Positions 19,479 to 27,183 of a stretch of DNA of 47,288 nucleotides are shown here, piece by piece (the first letter of the stretch is position 1; each line of letters starts with the position of its first letter). The notes below the pieces were generated by a model. That model saw nothing but the letters and a program-made list of their open reading frames with translations, ran no database searches and was not told the DNA's origin. The stretch is taken from contig DATFIM010000005.1 of assembly GCA_035270125.1 (NCBI GenBank), positions 1 to 47,288 of the forward strand, read 5' to 3'. A program made the position numbers and the translations under genes. Source of the stretch: Halanaerobiales bacterium (GTDB lineage Bacteria > Bacillota > Halanaerobiia > Halanaerobiales > DATFIM01).

Positions 19479-19513
19479 TTAAATAAAATATAATTATAGG
19501 GGTTTGGTTAAAT

Positions 19514-20290
19514 ATGAATATTTTCTTAATAGGTGATATAGTTGGAAGAGCTGGTAGACGTGCAGTAAGGAAACTACTAGATAATATTATAGATGAATTT
19601 AGTGTAGATCTAGTTATAGCAAATGGAGAAAATGCTGCTGGTGGATTTGGTATAACTGAAAAAGTTGCAAATGAATTGTATGATTATGGTATAGATGCTT
19701 TGACAATGGGAAATCATACCTGGAACAATAAAGATATTTTTAATTTTATTGATGATGATAAAAGATTAGTAAGACCATTAAATTATATGCCTGGAGTTCC
19801 AGGAAGAGGCTGGACGATTATCAAAAAAAATAATTTAAATATTGCTATTTTAAATTTAATTGGTCAAATATATATGCCAGAGGCTAATTCTCCAGTAATG
19901 GTATTTGATAATCATCTAGAAAAAATTAAAGAATCAGCTGATATGATAATAGTTGATTTTCATGCTGAAGCAACAGGTGAAAAATTAGCATTTGCAAATT
20001 ATATTGATGGAAAAGTATCTTTAGTTGCCGGTACCCATACTCATGTACAAACTTCCGATGAAAAAATACTGAATAATGGTACTGGTTATATTACTGATCT
20101 TGGATTAACTGGAGCTGTTGATTCAATTCTTGGAATGAAAAAGGAAGCAGTTATTAAAAAATATAAAACACAAATGCCAGAAAGATTTTCGGTAGGTACT
20201 GGTCAGTGTCAAATTGAAGGTGCTATTTTTGAAATTGATGAAAATACAAAGGATACTGTAAATATTGAAAGAATTAGTAGAAAAGATTAA
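19514..20290 (+). CDS. ymdB: YmdB-family metallophosphoesterase (2',3'-cyclic-nucleotide phosphodiesterase)
   Basis: FLIGDIVGRAGRRAV, ANGENAAGGFGIT and GTHTHVQTSDE motifs. Conserved position after rny. Confidence 0.9.
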   Translation: MNIFLIGDIVGRAGRRAVRKLLDNIIDEFSVDLVIANGENAAGGFGITEKVANELYDYGIDALTMGNHTWNNKDIFNFIDDDKRLVRPLNYMPGVPGRGWTIIKKNNLNIAILNLIGQIYMPEANSPVMVFDNHLEKIKESADMIIVDFHAEATGEKLAFANYIDGKVSLVAGTHTHVQTSDEKILNNGTGYITDLGLTGAVDSILGMKKEAVIKKYKTQMPERFSVGTGQCQIEGAIFEIDENTKDTVNIERISRKD

Positions 20291-20397
20291 ATTATATAAA
20301 AAAATTCAATAAATATGCAGGAATTTTTTCTAGATATAGCTAATATAATATATGAAGAATATTATTTTCCAAAAATTGAGGAGGGATCTATTAATTC

Positions 20398-20658
20398 ATG
20401 GAAGTATTAAAAGTATCATCAAAATCCAGTCCCAATAAAGTGGCAGGAGCACTGGCTAATGTATTGAGGGAAAGAAATAATGCTGAATTACAGGCTATTG
20501 GTGCAGGTGCCTTAAATCAAGGAGTTAAAGCAGTAGCAATAGCAAGAGGCTTTGTAGCACCTAGTGGTATGGACCTTATTTGTATTCCCGCATTTACTGA
20601 TGTTGAAATTGATGGAGAAGAAAGAACGGCAATAAAATTAATTGTTGAACCTCGTTAA
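20398..20658 (+). CDS. spoVS: Stage V sporulation protein S
   Basis: MEVLKVSSKSSPNKVAGALA...QAIGAGALNQGVKAVAIARGF is near-canonical SpoVS. Confidence 0.94.
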   Translation: MEVLKVSSKSSPNKVAGALANVLRERNNAELQAIGAGALNQGVKAVAIARGFVAPSGMDLICIPAFTDVEIDGEERTAIKLIVEPR

Positions 20659-20682
20659 TAAAAAAACAAATATGAATTTAAT

Positions 20683-20716
20683 AAAACTGTCTGATATTAA
20701 TATCAGACAGTTTTTT
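20683..20716 (+). terminator. Intrinsic terminator after spoVS
   Basis: Perfect AAAACTGTCTGATAT/ATATCAGACAGTTTT palindrome, followed by a T run. Confidence 0.75.
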
Positions 20717-20794
20717 GGTTTTAAAAAATAAAGTTATATGATACTATATTATAGTGGGAATGATAATATTTAATTTGGAAGTGGTGATTATTTT

Positions 20795-21607
20795 ATGTCT
20801 GTAGATCTTCATCTTCATACAAAAGCTTCTGATGGAAGTTTAAGTCCTAAAAAAGTTGTATATAAAGCAAAAAAATTAAACTATAAGGCTATTTCAATTA
20901 CAGATCATGATACTGTTAGTGGATTAGATGAAGCAATCAAAAATGGTAAAAAAATAAATTTAGAAATAATTCCTGGAATAGAATTTAATACAAAATATAA
21001 AGGATTTGAAGTTCATATTTTAGGCTATTTTATTGATTATCACAATAAAAGTTTAATTAATGTCACTAAAAAATTACATGATTCTAGAGTAAAAAGAGTA
21101 AAAAGGATTGTAAATAAATTAAATGAAATGGGGATTAAAATAACTAATAATGATGTTTTTTCATTATCTGATGGAGGTGCTGTAGGTCGTTCACATGTAG
21201 CTAGAGTTTTAAAAAACAAAAATTATGTAGAAACTTTTTCGGAAGCTTTTGAAAAATATTTAGCTATTGGTAAAGAGGCTTATGTTGAAAGATATCGCTT
21301 AAAACCAGATGAAGCTATTATTATTATTAAAAAAGCTGGTGGTATTCCTGTTTTAGCACATCCTGGATTAATAGAAAATGATAAAATAGTAAATAAAATA
21401 CTATCAATGGGCGTTGAAGGTATTGAAGCATATTATTATGAACATAATTTAAATGAAACTAATAAATATATTAAATTAGCAAATGATAATGATTTATTAA
21501 TAACAGGGGGATCAGATGATCATGGTCCTGGCAATAAAGATGGAGCTCGATTGGGTAAAATGAAAATTGATTATAAATTGGTTGAAGCACTAAAAAATTC
21601 AATATGA
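20795..21607 (+). CDS. PHP-domain phosphoesterase (TrpH/YciV-like)
   Basis: VDLHLHTKASDGS, ISITDHDT and GGSDDHG motifs. Confidence 0.85.
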   Translation: MSVDLHLHTKASDGSLSPKKVVYKAKKLNYKAISITDHDTVSGLDEAIKNGKKINLEIIPGIEFNTKYKGFEVHILGYFIDYHNKSLINVTKKLHDSRVKRVKRIVNKLNEMGIKITNNDVFSLSDGGAVGRSHVARVLKNKNYVETFSEAFEKYLAIGKEAYVERYRLKPDEAIIIIKKAGGIPVLAHPGLIENDKIVNKILSMGVEGIEAYYYEHNLNETNKYIKLANDNDLLITGGSDDHGPGNKDGARLGKMKIDYKLVEALKNSI

Positions 21608-21714
21608 TATTTTAGTTCAAAACTCTCTTTTCTGCCTAAGAGGCAGGAATCTAATTATCTGTGTAGAAATTAGTAATAAGGGAAAATAAGAAGAAAATAA
21701 AAGGAGTGGTTTTA

Positions 21715-22371
21715 ATGAATATATTTAGTTTTCAGAAAATAATGGATTTATTAGCCTTAGGAGGACCAATGTCAATACCGCTTTTAATTGCATCAATTAC
21801 AAGTTTGGCAGTTATTATTGAAAAATTAATATTTTTTGCTAAACATAAAGATAATGGCTTTCGATTAATTAAAAAAATAGAAATGTTAGTTGATGAAGGT
21901 GATATTATGGGTGCTTTAAATGAACTAAAAGGTAAAAAAGGACCAAACGCAAAACTTTTATCAACTGCATTGGCTCATTATAGTGAAGATCCTGATCGAG
22001 TTAGGGAAGTAATGCAGGCAGTTGGAGAAGATGAAATAAAGAAAATGGAGAAACATTTAGCAGTTTTAGATGTAATAGCTATGATTTCTCCACTCCTTGG
22101 TTTACTTGGAACAGTGTTAGGTATTATTAGTAGTTTTAATATTTTAGGAACAGCTGCAGGAGCAGCCGCTCCATCACAAATTAGTTCAGGAATTGCAGCG
22201 GCTTTAATAAGTACTGCTTTAGGTTTAATAATTGCTATTCCTACAGCAATATTTTATTCATATTTTACTAATAAGGTTGAAAAAAGAGCACATGAAATGA
22301 ATCTCAGTATGGTTGATATAATTGAAGTAGTTTCTGATAGGGGGCAGGATAATGTTCAAACCTACTCTTAA
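21715..22371 (+). CDS. exbB: MotA/TolQ/ExbB-family proton-channel protein
   Basis: Three TM segments and a C-terminal GLLGTVLGII...ALISTALGLIIAIP core. ATG 21715 lies 8 nt after AAGGAG. Confidence 0.88.
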   Translation: MNIFSFQKIMDLLALGGPMSIPLLIASITSLAVIIEKLIFFAKHKDNGFRLIKKIEMLVDEGDIMGALNELKGKKGPNAKLLSTALAHYSEDPDRVREVMQAVGEDEIKKMEKHLAVLDVIAMISPLLGLLGTVLGIISSFNILGTAAGAAAPSQISSGIAAALISTALGLIIAIPTAIFYSYFTNKVEKRAHEMNLSMVDIIEVVSDRGQDNVQTYS

Positions 22372-22771
22372 AAAGAAGTCATCAATAAATATTATACCTA
22401 TGATTGATGTTATTTTCTTTCTTTTAGTATTTTTTATGCTATTTACTTCTTTTCGTTCTACCCCTGAGGGTTTAGATATGCAATTACCTAAAGCCGTTAC
22501 TACTACTCAACAAACTGAAAACAATATTATTATTAATGTTACTGAAGATGGTGAGTATTTTTATCAAAATAATAATATTTCTTTAAATAGTTTAGGGGAA
22601 AGAATTAAAAATGAACATGAAAATTTAGGAGATTTGACTGCTATTATAAATGCAGATGAGGAGGTAAAATATAGATATGTTGTTGATGTCATGGATAATT
22701 TGCGAAATGCAGGAATCTATAAATTAGCCCTTGCTGCAGAACCAAAGGGGGAGGAAGATGAAGGAGAATAA
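22352..22771 (+). CDS. exbD: ExbD/TolR-family protein
   Basis: INIIPMIDVIFFLLVFFM carries the conserved TM Asp. Periplasmic domain ends ...YRYVVDVMDNLRNAG. Overlaps exbB by 20 nt. Confidence 0.88.
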   Translation: MFKPTLKKKSSINIIPMIDVIFFLLVFFMLFTSFRSTPEGLDMQLPKAVTTTQQTENNIIINVTEDGEYFYQNNNISLNSLGERIKNEHENLGDLTAIINADEEVKYRYVVDVMDNLRNAGIYKLALAAEPKGEEDEGE

Positions 22772-23693
22772 ATTATTTAAATATATAGTGATATCTATAT
22801 TGATTCATGCTTTAATTTTATTCGCATTTCCTCTTGCTAATCAAGCTGGGTTTGGAGAAAAAAATGAAACTCAAGATTTTGGTTTTATTGAATTAGTAGA
22901 ATATAAACCCATTACTCAAACCAGTCAGGAAGCTGGTGAAAAGCAAAATTCTGAAGATAAACGTGAAAAAGAAGAAACTATAGAAGAAGATCAAAATATT
23001 GAGGAAATTGAGGAAGAGGAAAATAATATTGAAATTGATGAAGAAACAGAAGAAATAAAAAAAGATGAAGCACAAGAAACAACTGTTGAGAAAGTAAATG
23101 AGCAAGAAAGTCAAGAAGTACAAAATGAAACAGAAGAAGTTGAAGAAGTTAATGAAAATACTGATTCTACATCTAAAAATAACAATTCTGAAGTAATAAG
23201 TAGTGAAGAAAGCGATATTGAAATGGAAGTTGAAGATAAATCTCAGAATAATGATGAAAATGTAACTAATCAACAAAATGAAGAAGAAACTGAGACTAAT
23301 ACTGATACTAAAAATAAGCCTAATCCTTCAGAAGAAGAACAGGAAGAAGAGGAAGCTCCTCCACCTCCACCAACATCTGGAGAACTTATTGCCAAGTCAA
23401 TCACCCCTCAATACCCTAAAGATCTTGTCGGAGAAAATGAAAAAGGAACAGTTAAATTTGTTGTAAATATAGATAAAACTGGTGAATTATTAAGTCTAAC
23501 AATGACAGATTCTTCCGGTATAGAACAAATAGATAAAACATCAAGATTGGCAATAGAGCGAGGTTGGGAATTTAAATCATATAATATGCCCTATAGTATT
23601 CCAATAGTAGTTGATTTTAAAATTAATGAAGCTGGTAATCCTGTAATAGATCTTAATTTAGGTGAAGTAGACTTTAAGGAGGTGAATAATTAA
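22758..23693 (+). CDS. tonB: TonB-family energy-transducer-like protein with a hyper-acidic linker
   Basis: TM segment YIVISILIHALILF carries the S-x3-H motif. The Glu/Asn/Gln-rich linker is about 170 aa and ends in PPPPP. C-terminal PQYPKDLVGENEKGTVKFVVNIDKTGEL...SSGIEQIDK resembles TonB_C. ATG 22758 follows GGGGGAGG and overlaps exbD by 14 nt. Confidence 0.8.
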   Translation: MKENKLFKYIVISILIHALILFAFPLANQAGFGEKNETQDFGFIELVEYKPITQTSQEAGEKQNSEDKREKEETIEEDQNIEEIEEEENNIEIDEETEEIKKDEAQETTVEKVNEQESQEVQNETEEVEEVNENTDSTSKNNNSEVISSEESDIEMEVEDKSQNNDENVTNQQNEEETETNTDTKNKPNPSEEEQEEEEAPPPPPTSGELIAKSITPQYPKDLVGENEKGTVKFVVNIDKTGELLSLTMTDSSGIEQIDKTSRLAIERGWEFKSYNMPYSIPIVVDFKINEAGNPVIDLNLGEVDFKEVNN

Positions 23694-25705
23694 TGGTTTT
23701 ATCAAATAAATATAATATTTTAATTTTATTAATTATTTTTATTTCAATATTTTCAGGTATTTCAGTTGCACAAGAAAATATTGAAACTAGAGTAGATGAA
23801 TATAATAATTTGAGAATGACCAATGAATATATTGCTATTGTTATAAATCAAAATGATAATTCAAAAGGAAGATTTGCAGTTGAAACTACAGGAGGAGCAC
23901 CTTATAAAGAAAGTGATAAAAATAAACCTTTAGTATATGGAAGACCTAATCCCTGGACTTCATATACAACTATTAGAATTAATGAAGAAAATTATGTTTT
24001 TGGAGGAAATACTGAAAGAAGAGCAGGAAAAAACGCAGACTATGGAGAAATGATAACTGCTCCAAAAGTTGAAGATGGTACTATAAAGACAACTTATAAG
24101 ATAAATGATATAAATATTGAACAAAATTTATCTATTGTAAAAAGTACAACGACTGGATTATACGATACTGCTCAAATAAAATATAGATTGACTAATAATA
24201 GTAATCAAAGTAAAAATATAGGTTTAAGAATTATGCTGGATACTATGTTAGGTGAAAATGATGGAGCCCCTTTAAGAATGGGGGAAGAGGCTATCACTAG
24301 TGATAAATTATTTCCAAAAAATCAATTGTCAAATTTTTATCAGGCATTTGATAGTATTAGTGAACCCAAAGTTACTTCCCAGGGTACTTTGAAAGGACCA
24401 GGAGTTACTGTTCCTGATAAAGTGTATTTTTCTGACTGGGGAAGCCTGGCTGATGGAAGCTGGGATTTTGATTATAATCCTGGTGAAGATTTTATCAGAA
24501 AAGGTGGCTATGAAGTTGATAGTGCAGTAGCTATGTATTGGGAAAATAATGAATTAGCACCTGGTGAAAGTAAGATTTTTATAACCAATTATGGACTTGG
24601 TGGAATTTCAATTGTTCCAGGATTATTATCTTTAGGTGTAACATCACCTGCTGAATTTGTATTTGACAAACCTGATAAAAGTTTTCCAGTTATTGCCTAT
24701 ATAGAAAACACTTCTGATATTGAAGCAAAAAACGTTAATGTTAATTTAAATATATCTGATAACTTTGCTGTAAAAGAAGTAAAAAAAGATCTTGGTAATT
24801 TAAAATCTGGTTCTATTAGACAGGTAGAATGGCAGGTAAAACCAAAAGTATTAGATATTTATCAAAAACAGGATTCTACTGAATTTTCTGTTGAGGTTAA
24901 AGCAGATAATACGGATTCAAATAAAGTAAGAAGATCAATTGATTTAGTAGGTCCTCCAGGTCTTAATACTTCTGTGAAAGTAAATGATGAGTTAACAGTA
25001 AACAAAGGAAGAATTATCCCAAATCCGTTTACTATTACTGCTGAAGTGGCGAATAATGGAGGATCAACATTATATGATACTTATAGTGAAATAGTTTTAC
25101 CACCTGGTATAACTTTAGCAAGTTATGAAAAAACAAGTAAATTTTTAGGACCTGTTAAACCTGGAGAAAAAATTAAAATAAATTGGGAAGTAAAATCTTT
25201 AAATGTTGAAGGTGGATTTGAATATGCAGTAGTTACTGACGGTCTACATGGTTATAGTCAAACTGCAAAAGAAGAAATTAATCTTCCTGGTTTAAAACCT
25301 ACATTATATTTTAAAACAAATAAAAATCCAGTAGAAAACAATTTAATTACAGTAGATATATGTGCTGAAAATTTTGAACGAATTAAAAATATGGACCTTA
25401 GAATTTCTTTTGATGAAGAGAAATTAAAAGCTATAATGGTATATCCAGGTGATATTTTTGTTAAAGATGGTGAAATTGTTAATTGGAATTCAGCTGAAAT
25501 AAAAAGTAATGGTATAATTCAATTAAAAAATATTTTACCTGATAATCATAATGGAAATATTTTGGGAAGTATTCAGTTTAGAATTAAAGAAGGTAATGAA
25601 TTACCTATAAACTGGCATCAATTATTTTTTGCTGATTCTGAAGGTAATGAAATAAAAATAGAAAATATAAAAGGAGTGTTTGTTGATGAAGAAAATATTC
25701 AGTAG
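23693..25705 (+). CDS. Secreted 670-aa multidomain protein of unknown function (novel N-terminal domain, two Ig/CARDB-like modules, cohesin-like C-terminal domain)
   Basis: Signal peptide ending SVA/QEN. Mid-region repeats follow the pattern ...N.G...L......V.LP.G........G.L..G....V.W.VK. The C-terminus (ITVDICAENFERIKNMDLRISFDEEKLKAIMVYPGDIF...GSIQFRIKEG) resembles type-I cohesin. The start overlaps the tonB-like stop (TAATG), with AAGGAGGTGA upstream. Confidence 0.8.
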   Translation: MVLSNKYNILILLIIFISIFSGISVAQENIETRVDEYNNLRMTNEYIAIVINQNDNSKGRFAVETTGGAPYKESDKNKPLVYGRPNPWTSYTTIRINEENYVFGGNTERRAGKNADYGEMITAPKVEDGTIKTTYKINDINIEQNLSIVKSTTTGLYDTAQIKYRLTNNSNQSKNIGLRIMLDTMLGENDGAPLRMGEEAITSDKLFPKNQLSNFYQAFDSISEPKVTSQGTLKGPGVTVPDKVYFSDWGSLADGSWDFDYNPGEDFIRKGGYEVDSAVAMYWENNELAPGESKIFITNYGLGGISIVPGLLSLGVTSPAEFVFDKPDKSFPVIAYIENTSDIEAKNVNVNLNISDNFAVKEVKKDLGNLKSGSIRQVEWQVKPKVLDIYQKQDSTEFSVEVKADNTDSNKVRRSIDLVGPPGLNTSVKVNDELTVNKGRIIPNPFTITAEVANNGGSTLYDTYSEIVLPPGITLASYEKTSKFLGPVKPGEKIKINWEVKSLNVEGGFEYAVVTDGLHGYSQTAKEEINLPGLKPTLYFKTNKNPVENNLITVDICAENFERIKNMDLRISFDEEKLKAIMVYPGDIFVKDGEIVNWNSAEIKSNGIIQLKNILPDNHNGNILGSIQFRIKEGNELPINWHQLFFADSEGNEIKIENIKGVFVDEENIQ

Positions 25706-26501
25706 TCTTGTTATTTTGTTATTTATAATTACTGTTTTTTCAATTTCAGTTAATGCTGCTGAAATTGAAGATATTTCAAAAGATCATTGGGCTTATGATA
25801 GTGTACAAAAATTGATTAACAGGGGATATTTAACTTTATATGAAGATGATACTTTTAAAGGTGAAAATAAAGTTTCGCGTTATGAATTAGCTACTATATT
25901 GGCCAGAATGTTAGATGACCTTCAAACAAGTGATGTACAAATTACTGAAGATGATACTGATGAAATAAGAAAATTGTCTCTGGAGTTTAGAGATGAATTA
26001 GTGGAAATTGCTAAAAAGCAGGAAGATATTTTTAATAATTTAGAAAATAATAAAGAAAAAAATGTTGTACAAACTGAAGCTATTGGTGAAAATCGCGAAA
26101 TAATTAACAATAATAAAGAAGAAATTAATAACATCATTGAAACAATTAATAAATTGAAAAACTTAAGTAATGAAATTGAAAAATTAAATAAAGAACTAAA
26201 AGACCAAACTATCACTATTAATAATTTAGAAGAAAAGTTAAAAGAAAATGATAATGATATTAGTGTAATAAATGAGGATTTGAAAAATATAGGTGAGGAT
26301 TTAGGAAATCAAGAAGCAATTCAAAATATAAAAGACCAACAGGCTGTTACTGTAACTAATGTAGATAGTTTAAATAGTAAGATAAATTCTTTAAATAGAA
26401 AAATTGAAGATCAAAATAAAAACATTGAAGATTTGAAACAACAAAATCAACAACAAAGATTATATTTTATTGCTTTAGCCGCTGCAATGTTAATCTTTTA
26501 A
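25686..26501 (+). CDS. SLH-domain / coiled-coil / C-terminal hydrophobic-tail protein (Omp-alpha-like envelope spacer)
   Basis: Signal peptide ending VNA/AE. One SLH motif (DISKDHWAYDSVQKLINRGYLTLYEDDTFKGENKVSRYELATILARML). About 170 aa follow with heptad-like Asn/Glu/Lys/Ile/Leu repeats. The C-terminus is RLYFIALAAAMLIF. ATG 25686 lies 9 nt after GGAG and overlaps the upstream gene by 20 nt. Confidence 0.8.
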   Translation: MKKIFSSLVILLFIITVFSISVNAAEIEDISKDHWAYDSVQKLINRGYLTLYEDDTFKGENKVSRYELATILARMLDDLQTSDVQITEDDTDEIRKLSLEFRDELVEIAKKQEDIFNNLENNKEKNVVQTEAIGENREIINNNKEEINNIIETINKLKNLSNEIEKLNKELKDQTITINNLEEKLKENDNDISVINEDLKNIGEDLGNQEAIQNIKDQQAVTVTNVDSLNSKINSLNRKIEDQNKNIEDLKQQNQQQRLYFIALAAAMLIF

Positions 26502-26516
26502 CCTTTGGTGATATAA

Positions 26517-27125
26517 ATGAATAAAAAAATATTAAAAACAAGTGATAATCTTATTATATTTTTAGTAATAATATTGACAATTAATTTTATATTTTTACCT
26601 GCCTTTTCTTTAAAAGCCAGGGCTGAGGATTCTATTAATAAAGAAGATATATACACAGGTATAGGTGTAGCTGTTTTGTTAGTAATAATATCAAAAATAG
26701 CAGAAAATAATAATAAAGTATCAGAAACAACTAATAATTCAAGAGTAAATATTGATTATGAAAATCTTGATAATAAAGATGTAGAAATTCTAGCAAGAGC
26801 TATATATGCTGAATCTAGAGGAGAACCATATAAAGGCCAGGTAGCGGTTGGAGCTGTAATTTTGAATAGAGTTAAAAGCGCCAATTTCCCTAATTCTATT
26901 GAAAAAGTAGTTTATCAGGATGGACAATTTTCTTCAGTTCAGGATGGACAGATCAATCTTTTACCTAATAAAACTGCCTTAAATGCTGCCAAAGAAGCAA
27001 TAAACGGTAAAGACCCAAGTAAAGGGGCTCTATATTTTTATAATCCAAAAACTGCAAAAACACTCTGGTGGCTTAATACAAGAGATAAATTAACTGAAAT
27101 AGGTAATCATGTTTTTGCGAAATAA
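26517..27125 (+). CDS. SleB/CwlJ-family cell-wall hydrolase (Hydrolase_2 domain) with an N-terminal membrane/signal region
   Basis: ILARAIYAESRGEPYKGQVAVGAVILNRV...FPNSIEKVVYQDGQFS...ALYFYNP...W is the SleB catalytic-domain signature. Starts 15 nt after the SLH gene stop. Confidence 0.85.
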   Translation: MNKKILKTSDNLIIFLVIILTINFIFLPAFSLKARAEDSINKEDIYTGIGVAVLLVIISKIAENNNKVSETTNNSRVNIDYENLDNKDVEILARAIYAESRGEPYKGQVAVGAVILNRVKSANFPNSIEKVVYQDGQFSSVQDGQINLLPNKTALNAAKEAINGKDPSKGALYFYNPKTAKTLWWLNTRDKLTEIGNHVFAK

Positions 27126-27149
27126 AATATTATTAGAAAATTAAGATTT

Positions 27150-27178
27150 AAGCCCCTTGTAATAAAGGGGCTTTTTTT
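27150..27178. terminator. Bidirectional intrinsic terminator between the envelope operon and convergent parC
   Basis: AAGCCCCTT-GTAATA-AAGGGGCTT stem, followed by T7 and preceded by an A/T-rich tract. Confidence 0.7.
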
Positions 27179-27183
27179 AGTGA

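Noticed and set aside
20319-20349. A SigH-type promoter for spoVS (AGGAATTT at 20319-20326).
   Set aside because: The -35-like element matches, but no GAAT -10 element lies at the required 11-12 nt spacing. The nearby TATAAT (20344-20349) lacks a good SigA -35. The evidence is too weak to annotate.
21629-21649. A hairpin (TTTCTGCCT-AAG-AGGCAGGAA) between the PHP gene and exbB, considered as a terminator or regulatory element.
   Set aside because: The stem is short, includes a wobble pair, and has no following T tract. I cannot tell whether the envelope operon has its own promoter or is read through from the PHP gene.
22893-23466. Two track ORFs (22893-23276 minus strand, 23278-23466 plus strand) inside the TonB-like linker.
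   Set aside because: The GAA/GAT/AAT-rich repeats that encode the acidic linker stay open in other frames. The TonB-like frame joins a bona fide TM motif to a TonB_C-like domain, so it is the real one.
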